NCBI GenBank assembly: GCA_913049785.1
Contig: CAJWXP010000003.1
Span: forward strand, 14,890-78,889
Length of the DNA stretch: 64,000 nt
Direction of reading: 5' to 3'
DNA from: an uncultured Dehalococcoidia bacterium
Lineage (GTDB): Bacteria > Chloroflexota > Dehalococcoidia > Lucifugimonadales > UBA1127
Shown: positions 34,610 through 43,263 of the stretch, in pieces
Layout: each line of letters starts with the position of its first letter
How positions within the stretch are numbered: the first letter of the stretch is position 1
Made by a program: the position numbers and the translations under genes
The notes under the pieces: model-generated
Told to the model about the DNA's origin: nothing
The model's database searches: none
What the model saw: the letters and a program-made list of their open reading frames with translations, nothing else

Positions 34610-35884
34610 AGCTAGCTTACGCAGCTGCCGGTTGAACGCGATGTTAGCAAGCCCGAACACCAGCACCACCAGACCTAGCGACGCCATGGTGACCGGGGCC
34701 CCCACCGTACCCGCCAACGCAGACACCGGCAGGATCACCGCCGGCATCAGCCCACCTTGCATGTTGTACAGCGCCATAACCCGTCCGCGCATCTCCGGTG
34801 CGGAGTACGCCTGCAGCACCGCCAGGTTCACCGATAGCCGCCCGGAGCTCCCGAACCCCAACGGTATCCCCAGGATCAGCGACAGCGCGTACACCTTGGA
34901 TACGGAGAAGAGGACGATGGCGGCACCCATCAACGCCGTGTACAACAACAGCAGCCAACCCTTGTGCCGGAAGTCACCCAGGCTAGCCGACGTCATCGCT
35001 GCAGTGAACGCCCCAAGTCCGACGAGGCTCGATAGCACGCCCAGGCCCTCCGGCCCCACGTCCAGCACGTCCTCGGTGAAGAGCGGCAGGAGCTGTTGGA
35101 TCGGCTGTCCGAATATCGTGGCAATGAGCCCCACGAACAGCAGGTTGGCCACCACCGGGGTGCGTTTCACGTACACGAAACCCTGTCCCATGGCCTGTAC
35201 CACACTCTCCCCCAGCACCCTCCCCTCCGGGCGGATGGAAGGCACCCGAAGCATCAGCAGCAGCGCGAACACGTACAGACCACTGATGGTCGCGTACCCC
35301 GCTCCGATGCCCAACAAGGCGATGATGAAGCCACCGATGGCCGGCGCAATCATCCGGCTCAGGTTCAAGGTGCCGGTGTTCAGCGATACCGCGTTAAGGA
35401 TGTGCCCCTGGTCCACCAGGTCAGCGATGATCGCCCGGCGCGCAGGCGTGATGAAGGACATCACCACCCCCTGGGGTACCCCCGCCACCAGCACGTGCCA
35501 CCAGACTACCGTTCCTGCCCAGATGTCCACGGCGATGATTGAGTTGATGACCACCTGACTACCAATGCACACCAGCAGGTTGCGCTGTTTGGGGAACCTG
35601 TCCGCCAGCGCGCCCGCAACAGGCGAGAGCACCAGCAGCGGCAGCATCGTCGCGGAGATGGTCAGCCCCAGCAGTATCGGTGAGCCCGTTTCGCTGTACA
35701 CGAACCACGGCCGCGCCACCTGCGTCATCGCGTCCCCGGCGAACAACAGGATCATGGACATCCAGAACAACCGGTATTGCGGTATGGACAGCGACGAGAG
35801 GGTGGTGTTCAGCCAGCCACGACGTGCTCCCTGTAGCTCAGGCGACGGCGACTCAAAATTAGCAGGTTCTTGCTGCTCAGACAT
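34607..35884 (-). CDS. MFS transporter (EntS/MFS_3-like)
   Basis: 425 aa, about 12 hydrophobic helices. GALADRFPKQR loop motif between TM2 and TM3. Confidence 0.85.
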   Translation of the reverse strand: MSEQQEPANFESPSPELQGARRGWLNTTLSSLSIPQYRLFWMSMILLFAGDAMTQVARPWFVYSETGSPILLGLTISATMLPLLVLSPVAGALADRFPKQRNLLVCIGSQVVINSIIAVDIWAGTVVWWHVLVAGVPQGVVMSFITPARRAIIADLVDQGHILNAVSLNTGTLNLSRMIAPAIGGFIIALLGIGAGYATISGLYVFALLLMLRVPSIRPEGRVLGESVVQAMGQGFVYVKRTPVVANLLFVGLIATIFGQPIQQLLPLFTEDVLDVGPEGLGVLSSLVGLGAFTAAMTSASLGDFRHKGWLLLLYTALMGAAIVLFSVSKVYALSLILGIPLGFGSSGRLSVNLAVLQAYSAPEMRGRVMALYNMQGGLMPAVILPVSALAGTVGAPVTMASLGLVVLVFGLANIAFNRQLRKLA

Positions 35885-35945
35885 GGTGCGGATGGTATCA
35901 CACGCCCCGACCCGCCTCTTTAAGTAAATCTAGAACAATGTACCG

Positions 35946-36733
35946 ATGGAAGGATATATTGCATTTCTTGACATATTGGGGTTTTCCCATTGAGTCGGAA
36001 GAGATGGCTTTGATGAGAAATTGGAGCGATTCTTAAGCAACATAAAGGATGCCGTTAAAGACAATTCGCCTTCACCTCAATTTGCAATTACTTCAGATTC
36101 AATAATTCTCACGACCCAAGGAAATGATTTAGACCATCTCAGAAGTCTAGTAAGTACTGTATCTCCCTTTCAATATAACTCTCTAATGAACGAGGATCTT
36201 GCCATTAGAGGTGGTATTACATTTGGTAATTTCCAGAGGTCCGTTGATAGTGATGGTGGGGTTTTGGTGGCGGGCAGAGAGGTTGTCGCAGCATATTTAC
36301 TTGAGCAAAGCCAAGATTGGCTTGGAGTCGTTTTAGCCCCATCAATCATCGAGCGTAATCGAGAATTACAGGATTATTTCAACACTCCGCGGTTTAATAA
36401 TGAAGGCCACGCCGACGAACTCCGTAGGACTGGCTATGCAAATGGGCAATGCTTGCTACCCGCTATGAGCGAATTCCGTTGCAAGAGAAGCATGAACTTG
36501 TAGGATATGTGGTGATACCTCGTACCAATTCGCCGATAGGCGATCGGACTAAAGTTATTAGCGACTTACAAATGTACCAAGCAAAACTTAACGAGTTGAA
36601 ACCATTGGCACCTAGTGAAAGCGCGCAGCAAAAATACACCAATACTGAAGAGTTCATGTATCCTGTGGTCTCATTTTGCAGTGGTATCTCAAACAATAGT
36701 TCCATGTGGCAGATTTTCACTCAAGACCTCTAA
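35946..36733 (+). pseudogene. class III nucleotidyl-cyclase-fold gene, disrupted (in-frame TGA plus frameshift), in AT-rich islet
   Basis: MEGYIAFLDILGFSH-TGA(35991-35993)-VGRDGF...AITSDSIILTT...IRGGITFG follows the F.DI.GF / .D. / RiGi.G cyclase pattern. The reading frame switches between ORFs 36021..36503 and 36449..36733. Confidence 0.55.
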
Positions 36734-36807
36734 CCCCACTGCCACAACGCCCTCGCGTCACCACGCCCCCGCAGCTACCGTGCCCCAACACCGTCAGGTC
36801 ACCTGGG

Positions 36808-36835
36808 TTGAGGGCACGCCCTCGTGTGGTATCGT
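36808..36835 (+). promoter_or_regulatory. possible promoter giving a near-leaderless oppD-like mRNA
   Basis: TTGAGG-N16 (with TG)-TATCGT ending about 9 nt before ATG 36845. No SD before that ATG. Confidence 0.3.
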
Positions 36836-36844
36836 GTCAGAACA

Positions 36845-37813
36845 ATGGCCTTCCTTGAAGTGACAGACCTCAAGCTTGCATACCGCACGGATCGCGGCCT
36901 GGTTAAGGCTGTCGATGGCACCACGTTCTCCCTGGAGGCCGGGCAAGCGTTGGGGCTCGTTGGAGAGTCCGGCAGCGGCAAGAGCAGCCTCGCCCTCGCC
37001 CTCATGCGTCTGCTCCCTCGCAACGCGGAACCGTTAGAAGGCAGCATGACCATAGACGGCGATGAAGTCCTGTCCCTCCCGGAAGAGCAGTTCAGGCGCA
37101 GGTATCGCGGCACCGTCATCTCCATGGGCTTCCAGGGGGCCATGAACTCCCTCAACCCCGTCATGCGCGTGGGGCATCAGATAGCGGAGGCTTTACTGGC
37201 AGAGGGTGGCATCAAGAAACCAGCGGCCTACGCCAAAGTGCGGGAGATGCTGGAACTGGTGGGCCTCACGGAAGAGATCTTTGGTCGCTACCCCCATGAG
37301 CTCAGCGGCGGCATGAAGCAACGCGTAGTCATTGCGATGGCCCTGGTGCAGGAGCCCAAGCTGGTCATCCTCGACGAGCCTACTTCGGCCCTCGATGTGT
37401 CGGTGCAAGCCCAGATCATGAACCTGCTCAAACGGCTGAAGCGAGAGCTTGGTCTGTCCCTCATCTTCATCACCCACGACATTGCCCTGGCCAGCGATGT
37501 GTGCGACCACGTGGCGGTGATCTACGGCGGGCGCGTCGTCGAGTTCGGCGACATCGAGGGCATCCTACTACGGCCGTCCCACCCCTACACCGAGAAGCTC
37601 CTGGCGAGCATGCCCGAGCTCCATTCCGAGGTGAAGCCCGAATTCATTCCCGGTGCGCCACCTGACCTCGTCGAGCCGCCCCCAGGGTGTCGCTTCAGCC
37701 CACGGTGCACCTATGCAACCGATATCTGCTTCACAGACGACCCTCCTCCCTTCACCGTGGAAGAAGGCCACATCGCCTGCTGCTGGCTCCGGGGGGACTC
37801 TTCCTCCATCTGA
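36845..37813 (+). CDS. ABC transporter ATP-binding protein (OppD/DppD type), orphan
   Basis: Walker A GESGSGKS, LSGGMKQR, Walker B LVILDEPTSALD, and a C-terminal oligopeptide-type Cys motif (GCRFSPRC). Confidence 0.9.
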   Translation: MAFLEVTDLKLAYRTDRGLVKAVDGTTFSLEAGQALGLVGESGSGKSSLALALMRLLPRNAEPLEGSMTIDGDEVLSLPEEQFRRRYRGTVISMGFQGAMNSLNPVMRVGHQIAEALLAEGGIKKPAAYAKVREMLELVGLTEEIFGRYPHELSGGMKQRVVIAMALVQEPKLVILDEPTSALDVSVQAQIMNLLKRLKRELGLSLIFITHDIALASDVCDHVAVIYGGRVVEFGDIEGILLRPSHPYTEKLLASMPELHSEVKPEFIPGAPPDLVEPPPGCRFSPRCTYATDICFTDDPPPFTVEEGHIACCWLRGDSSSI

Positions 37814-37893
37814 GCCTCCCTGTGGTCGAGGAACATGCTCACGCGCTAAGTGCCAACACACTCTCTGGAAGCCCTTTTGATGGTCTAATGCTT

Positions 37894-40800
37894 CTAACCC
37901 CAATTCTTGGCTTTGAGACCTGTGTTTGCCCCTCCAAGAACATCAACGTGCGTTATCAGGATGTTCAGCGTCCCTTCCTGGCGTGATACCGTGCCCTGTA
38001 CCTTCAACAGAGGGTTTGCGAGTTGGTGGCGAAGTCGCTGATACTCTCTCTCCCAGATCATCAATGGTATGTGCCCATACTCGTCTTCAAGCGTGATGAA
38101 GACCGTCTTGCCTGACGGCCTCTGCCGACGTACCACAAGACCAGCTACGGTTACTCTCTGGCCGTCTTGTAGACCCCCCGGGTCCTGACTGGTCAGCACT
38201 CCGGGCAACCCTGGTCGCAGGTGAGCCATGACGTGACCACTGGGATACATGCCTAATGATCGGTATTCTCCCTCCATGACTTCACCTGCATGGAGCTTTG
38301 GCAACAGCGTCGTGTCTTGATCGACGGCTAACCCAAGTCCGATCTGTTTATCGACCGGATGGTAGCGCAGGCCAACCTCCCACTTCGTCGTTCTGCGGTC
38401 CGGATTGAAGGTGTCCAGAGCCCCGGCATCTGCCAGCGACTCCAACTCGCCCTGCAATAACCCGGTGCGCTCCATGAAGTCTGCCAGGGCAGAGAAGGGA
38501 GCGCCGCGCTTGCGTACGACAACGATCCGTTTGGCTGCGTTCTGCCCTATGTCCCGGACATACCCAAACCCCAGCCGGATGGAGTCGTCTTCGATGGTGC
38601 ATAGGTCCCGACTCAGGTTCACGTCAGGGTTGAGGACTGTGATGCCGTGTCGTCGCGCATCCTCTTTCAACGTCTCAGGCGAATAGAAGCCCATCGGCTG
38701 TTGGTTCAGGAGGCCAAGGTAGAACTCCAGAGGATAGTAGCGTTTCAGCCACGACATCTGATAAGCCGTCACACCGAAGGCAAAGGCGTGGGACTCCGGA
38801 AACATATAGCCGCCGTTGAACTTGCTGAAGATTCGCCCTGCTGTCTCTTCGTCCACCCCCTTGGCCGCAGAACCGTCTCTGAACAGCTCCCAGTAGTGGT
38901 CAAGCAGACCCTGGTTATTGCGGCGACCATAGGCACGGCGAAGCAGGTCAGCATCGCTGGGACTGAGGCCCCCCACATCGATGGCCAGTTGGTTCACCTG
39001 ATCCTGGAACAGGATGACCCCCAGCGTCCTCTCCAATGCGCGTTTCTCAAGGTCGTGGTCGAAGGCAACGGGCTCATCGCCGGTACGTCGGCGGATGTAG
39101 TGACGCACGCCGTCGTTCGCACCCACCCCTGGTCGCACTGCTGCGACTTCCCGAGCCATGTCCGTCAGGTTCAGGGGCTTGATGCGCGGGATGGTCTGGA
39201 TCTGTGCCGCCGACTCCACCTGGAAGATGCCGATGGTGTCAGCCCTGTGGAGCATTGCGTAGACTTCTGGGTCTTCGAAATCGATGCGGGTCAGGTCTAC
39301 CGGCTCCCCTGTGCGTTGCTCGATCTCCCTGGTCGCATCCTGCATCTGAGACAGCGCGCCAAGGGCAAGGAAGTCTATCTTCACAAACCCCGCATCCTCT
39401 ACGGCGTTCTTGTCCCACTGGCAGATGTATCGACCTTCCATGGCGCTGGGCTGAACGGGCACCATGTCAATGAGGGGCGAGGAGCTGATGATCATGCCGC
39501 CCGGGTGTTGTGCGAGACCTCGAGGAAACCCGTCCAACTCGTACGCCAAATCCAACAAGTCGCGCCAGCCGGGAGCATCCGCCAGCCCTTTAAGCTCCGG
39601 CAGGTCTTCCATCTCGTGGCGTAGCCGTCTGGCGCTGCGGGTCTCCACGCGCTTGGCGAATCTATCGATCTGATCCGGTGGGAGGCCCAGCGCCTTGCCC
39701 AGGTCTCGGATGGCTCCCTTGCTCTGGTAGGTGACCAGCATCCCTGTCAGCGCGGCCCTGTCCCACCCGTACTTCTTGTGGACGCGTAGAATCAGCTCCT
39801 CCCGGATGTTGCGAGGGAAGTCCAGATCGATGTCCGGCACCTTCGCCAACGAATCTTCCGGCAGGAACCGTTCCAAAGAGAGGCCATACTGAAGCGGGTC
39901 GATGTGGCTCAGACCAATGAGGTAGCCCACCAGCATGGAGACGCTGGAACCGCGTCCTCTGCCAGGCGGCGCTTCTTCTATCGGCACTTCTCTATCCACA
40001 AGGCCCAGATCCACCATCACCTCACGGCCCAACTGAATGACCTCGTGGTACAGGAGCATGAAGCCGGCCAGGTTGTGTTTCCTGATCAGTCGAAACTCCT
40101 GGGCCAGCCGCTCTGCGACTTGTGGTGTCACTGCTCCGTAGCGACGTATCGCAGCCTGATTGCAGAGCTCTTCCAGGTAGCTCTCTTGAGAGTGGCCCTC
40201 TGGGACGGCGTAGTCAGGAAAGCTATAGCCAAGGTCTCGGGACAGGTCGAAGGAACACTGCTCGGCGATGCGAAGAGTGCTGTCGATCGCCTCCGGAATC
40301 TCAGCGAAGAGGTCCGCCATCTCCTCTGCCGACTTCAAATAGAACTCGCTGTTGGGTCGTCGCTCCCGGTGAGTCTCCTCCAGGCTCTTCTTGTGTTTGA
40401 TGGCGACCAGGCAGTCCTGAAGGCGATGCCGCTCTCTTACGTGGTAGTGGACGTTGTTGGTGGCGACTGTCCTCAGACCTAGCTCTCCCCCCAGGCCGAC
40501 TAGCGCTTTGATCCGGCTCGTATCGCCATGGACGAGGTTCTGCTGGAGTTCCAGGTAGACGTTCTCTGGGCCAAACCACTCCCGGTACTCCTCTAATCGC
40601 CTGCGTGCTTCTACCATCTGCCCTCGGCTCACTAGAGATGGCACTTCTCCTTCAGCGCAACCTGTGAGTAGCACCAGGCCTTCCGCGTGGTCGGCAAGCA
40701 GAGCAGGGTCGAGTTGCGGGTCTTTGCGCTCGCCGAAGACGTAGGCGGCCGTCACCAGCCGACACAGGTTGGCATAGCCATCACGGGTCGCTGCCAGCAA

Positions 40801-41031
40801 GGTCAGGTGGGAGCCGCCCTGAAGCGTCACCTCGCAGCCGATGATGGGTTGGATGTCCAGAGAGCGAGCAGCTCCCGCGAACTCCATCGCCCCGCAGAGG
40901 TTGTCGTGATCCGTCAATGCCAGGGCTGGATATCCAAGCTCTTTGGCACGGACTAGCAGCTCCTCAATGGAAGACGCCCCCTCCTGGAAGGAGTAGTTGC
41001 TGTGGCAGTGGAGTTCTAGATAATTAGCCAT
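37894..41031 (-). CDS. dnaE2: error-prone DNA polymerase III alpha paralogue
   Basis: PHP N-terminus YLELHCHSNYSFQEGAS, pol III alpha core, about 1045 aa. Directly follows imuB. Start set at ATG 41031. Confidence 0.9.
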   Translation of the reverse strand: MANYLELHCHSNYSFQEGASSIEELLVRAKELGYPALALTDHDNLCGAMEFAGAARSLDIQPIIGCEVTLQGGSHLTLLAATRDGYANLCRLVTAAYVFGERKDPQLDPALLADHAEGLVLLTGCAEGEVPSLVSRGQMVEARRRLEEYREWFGPENVYLELQQNLVHGDTSRIKALVGLGGELGLRTVATNNVHYHVRERHRLQDCLVAIKHKKSLEETHRERRPNSEFYLKSAEEMADLFAEIPEAIDSTLRIAEQCSFDLSRDLGYSFPDYAVPEGHSQESYLEELCNQAAIRRYGAVTPQVAERLAQEFRLIRKHNLAGFMLLYHEVIQLGREVMVDLGLVDREVPIEEAPPGRGRGSSVSMLVGYLIGLSHIDPLQYGLSLERFLPEDSLAKVPDIDLDFPRNIREELILRVHKKYGWDRAALTGMLVTYQSKGAIRDLGKALGLPPDQIDRFAKRVETRSARRLRHEMEDLPELKGLADAPGWRDLLDLAYELDGFPRGLAQHPGGMIISSSPLIDMVPVQPSAMEGRYICQWDKNAVEDAGFVKIDFLALGALSQMQDATREIEQRTGEPVDLTRIDFEDPEVYAMLHRADTIGIFQVESAAQIQTIPRIKPLNLTDMAREVAAVRPGVGANDGVRHYIRRRTGDEPVAFDHDLEKRALERTLGVILFQDQVNQLAIDVGGLSPSDADLLRRAYGRRNNQGLLDHYWELFRDGSAAKGVDEETAGRIFSKFNGGYMFPESHAFAFGVTAYQMSWLKRYYPLEFYLGLLNQQPMGFYSPETLKEDARRHGITVLNPDVNLSRDLCTIEDDSIRLGFGYVRDIGQNAAKRIVVVRKRGAPFSALADFMERTGLLQGELESLADAGALDTFNPDRRTTKWEVGLRYHPVDKQIGLGLAVDQDTTLLPKLHAGEVMEGEYRSLGMYPSGHVMAHLRPGLPGVLTSQDPGGLQDGQRVTVAGLVVRRQRPSGKTVFITLEDEYGHIPLMIWEREYQRLRHQLANPLLKVQGTVSRQEGTLNILITHVDVLGGANTGLKAKNWG

Positions 41032-41266
41032 AGGTCTGTAAATACCATCCACGTTTTACCAGGTCACGGAAGACCGTGACCTCACGACCATCTTCCAGCA
41101 GCGCCTTGAAGTACATGCGGCTAATCTCCTCGCCACGCCACCACTCATCGTCGATGCGCCATCGGTCTCGCCACTCGCTGACGACTAGCCATTTCCCCTT
41201 GACGCACAGTCGCACCGGAGAGTCGCCGCCCCCGTCATCCATCTCGATGGGAACTGGTTGGTTCAC
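41024..41266 (-). CDS. small Trp/Arg-rich protein coupled between imuB and dnaE2
   Basis: The GTG start shares GTGA with the imuB stop (41263-41266). Its end overlaps the dnaE2 ATG (ATGGCTAA). Motif WRDRWRIDDEWWRGEEISRMYF...VFRDL..G.WYLQ. Confidence 0.6.
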   Translation of the reverse strand: MNQPVPIEMDDGGGDSPVRLCVKGKWLVVSEWRDRWRIDDEWWRGEEISRMYFKALLEDGREVTVFRDLVKRGWYLQTYG

Positions 41267-42444
41267 GGGGCGAAGGGGATCAGCGCGTGTCTCCGTTCTG
41301 GGATTCTCGACCATGGTTCCACCTCCCTCACTACATACACAGGCGGTCGTTTGCCCAACCGCTCCTCCATCTGCGCCATGGCTACTTTGAGTTGGTCTCG
41401 CTGCCGGGCATCTTCAAAGAGGCTGCCCTGCTGGCCCGATTCTCCAGTCACTCCGCCCACCGTGAGCCTCAATCCGATTAGGGGATGCGGCAGGACAACG
41501 GAATCCAGCGCCCCTGCCAGCACCTTAAAGACGCGTTCTTTCGACCCGATGGCCTCGCGAAACGAAACGGACCTCTGCCACGAGGAGGACTCCTCACAGT
41601 CCCCTTCCAACGTGACCGAACGCACGTACCGGCCCCGCATATATGCTAGCGAGAAGATGCGCCCCAGCAGCACCTCCACTGCCAGCAAGAGCGATGGCAA
41701 TGTGGCGGAGGGCGAGGGGAACTCCAGGTACTCCATTACGGCCTCCTGGCTGCGACGCGGGACAAGCGGTCTCTGGTCTACCCCAACAGACAACTCCCAC
41801 ATGAAACGACCTTCACGACCGAACTGGGCCTGCATGGGGCCAAGGCCCACGGTAGCGATTTGATCCAAACGGTCGAGTCCGAAACTTCGGAGTCGTGTGA
41901 CCGTCTTGAAGGGCACGGGGAGCACGTTTACTGGCTCGTCCGCAAGGTAAGTTCGAGCGTCCTCCGGGGTCTGGGCGGCTCCGTGGTAGTGGGCTCGGGT
42001 CGCGGCAACGTAGGCTGGGAACTTGCCGTCACCAATGCCTACCTGGGGGGCAAAGCCGCTGGGCACCGCCTGGAGCAGCGCTGTGACCATCTGGGCTTCG
42101 CCGCCGTACATCTCGGGCAAGCCATGAACATCCACGTAGGCGAGGCCGTCGCCACCGTCTTCTATGATGGGGCTGACGTTGCCGAGGGCGTCCAGGAGCT
42201 TATTGGAAGCGCTCTGGTAGAGCGGTAAATCAGCGTCGAGGAGCACAGCTTCCTTGCAATGGCCTAACGCAGTGGAGAGGGCCGCCCCCGCAACAACACT
42301 GGTCGCTCGTGGGGATGCGTCGTAGACGATCCGGTTCGAGCCCTTTGAGTGGACAAGCACCACTGGCTTCCCCTGAAGGTCAGGGGAACGCCGTACTTCA
42401 ACCTGTACCGCGTAGTGCGGAATGAGGACACAGGCAACGCGCAT
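41263..42444 (-). CDS. imuB: Y-family polymerase-like protein ImuB
   Basis: N-terminus MRVACVLIPHYAVQVE lacks the DxD catalytic pattern of active Y-pols. Position immediately upstream of dnaE2. ATG 42444 is preceded by GGAG. Confidence 0.85.
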   Translation of the reverse strand: MRVACVLIPHYAVQVEVRRSPDLQGKPVVLVHSKGSNRIVYDASPRATSVVAGAALSTALGHCKEAVLLDADLPLYQSASNKLLDALGNVSPIIEDGGDGLAYVDVHGLPEMYGGEAQMVTALLQAVPSGFAPQVGIGDGKFPAYVAATRAHYHGAAQTPEDARTYLADEPVNVLPVPFKTVTRLRSFGLDRLDQIATVGLGPMQAQFGREGRFMWELSVGVDQRPLVPRRSQEAVMEYLEFPSPSATLPSLLLAVEVLLGRIFSLAYMRGRYVRSVTLEGDCEESSSWQRSVSFREAIGSKERVFKVLAGALDSVVLPHPLIGLRLTVGGVTGESGQQGSLFEDARQRDQLKVAMAQMEERLGKRPPVYVVREVEPWSRIPERRHALIPFAP

Positions 42445-42473
42445 AAAGACTCCTGCCACAAGAAGGGACGAGG

Positions 42474-42504
42474 AGTATATCAGAACGTGTGTTCTGTTTG
42501 TCAA
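42474..42504 (-). promoter_or_regulatory. imuB promoter: TTGACA (-35), 19-nt spacer, TG-extended TATACT (-10)
   Basis: On the minus strand: cTTGACAaacAGAACACACGTTCTGATATACTcc. The ORF-track start at 42504 lies inside this promoter. Confidence 0.65.
42482..42495. promoter_or_regulatory. LexA (SOS/Cheo-type) box AGAAC-N4-GTTCT
   Basis: Perfect palindrome AGAACGTGTGTTCT, located in the spacer of the imuB promoter, about 37 nt upstream of the imuB ATG. Confidence 0.7.
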
Positions 42505-42512
42505 GAGGGTGG

Positions 42513-43187
42513 TTAGGCTGCTACTAGGAGCTCCGCGCTGTTGTACTTCACGCTGTTTACCAGATTACTGACTCCATATGTAGCCATCGCATCGACGCTG
42601 TAGGGCACAAGCAGCGATTGCAGTGACTCCATGTCCTCTGTAGGGGCCAGCCAGGAAGCCTCGGCCTCTTTCGGCAGGATCACCGGCATCCGGTCGTGGA
42701 TAGGGGAGACGAGTTCGTTGGCCGGGCAGGTGATGATGGTGCATGAGTGGAGGTCTGTGCCTGATTCCTTGTCCGTCCAGGACTCCCACAATCCTGCGAA
42801 TGAAAACAACTCCCAGTCCTTCAAGCCGATGCGCATAGGCGTTTTAGTGCCATCGACTTTCTTCCACTCATAGAAGCTGTCAGCCACAACGAGGCAGCGC
42901 TGACGCTTCAAGGCGTGTTTGAACGCGCCACTGGTCTGGAGGGTCTCTGACCGGGCGTTGATCATCTTGAATCCGACTTTGATGTCCTTAGCCCAGAAGG
43001 GAACCAGGCCCCACCGCATCATCTCCGCATGGCGCTCCCCATCTTCTGTCACTACCAGGATGTTGTGGCTAGGGGCAACGTTGTAGTTCGGCTTCCAGTC
43101 GAAGTTCTCGAAGTCGCTGTAGGAGAAGCCAAAGCGAAACGAGAAGGCGTTGGGATCCGGTTCAGCTACAGTAAATCGGCCACACAT
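42513..43187 (-). CDS. SOS-response-associated peptidase (SRAP / YedK-HMCES family)
   Basis: N-terminal MCGRF with catalytic Cys2, NVAPS, MRWGLVPFWAK and NARSET motifs. Confidence 0.9.
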   Translation of the reverse strand: MCGRFTVAEPDPNAFSFRFGFSYSDFENFDWKPNYNVAPSHNILVVTEDGERHAEMMRWGLVPFWAKDIKVGFKMINARSETLQTSGAFKHALKRQRCLVVADSFYEWKKVDGTKTPMRIGLKDWELFSFAGLWESWTDKESGTDLHSCTIITCPANELVSPIHDRMPVILPKEAEASWLAPTEDMESLQSLLVPYSVDAMATYGVSNLVNSVKYNSAELLVAA

Positions 43188-43263
43188 GACGCCCTCCTAA
43201 GGCGGCGCTCTGCGCTATTCCTAATGAATGCATAGCTTTTGAGTTGGTCCCAGGAGGTAGCAT

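Noticed and set aside
34632-35558. Long antisense or alternative-frame ORFs inside real genes, e.g. 34632..35558(+), 38647..39624(+), 7247..7954(+), 7306..8091(+), 16368..16871(+), 25073..25741(-), 28792..29271(-), 62825..63409(-).
   Set aside because: These are typical shadow ORFs of GC-rich coding DNA: Arg/Pro/Ser/Ala-rich and overlapping genes with clear family signatures on the other strand or frame.
35991-35993. In-frame TGA in the cyclase-like gene as a third selenocysteine codon.
   Set aside because: It is not at a Cys or redox position (..ILGFSH-TGA-VGRD..). The gene is additionally frameshifted and sits in an AT-rich decayed islet. A plain nonsense mutation is the simpler reading.
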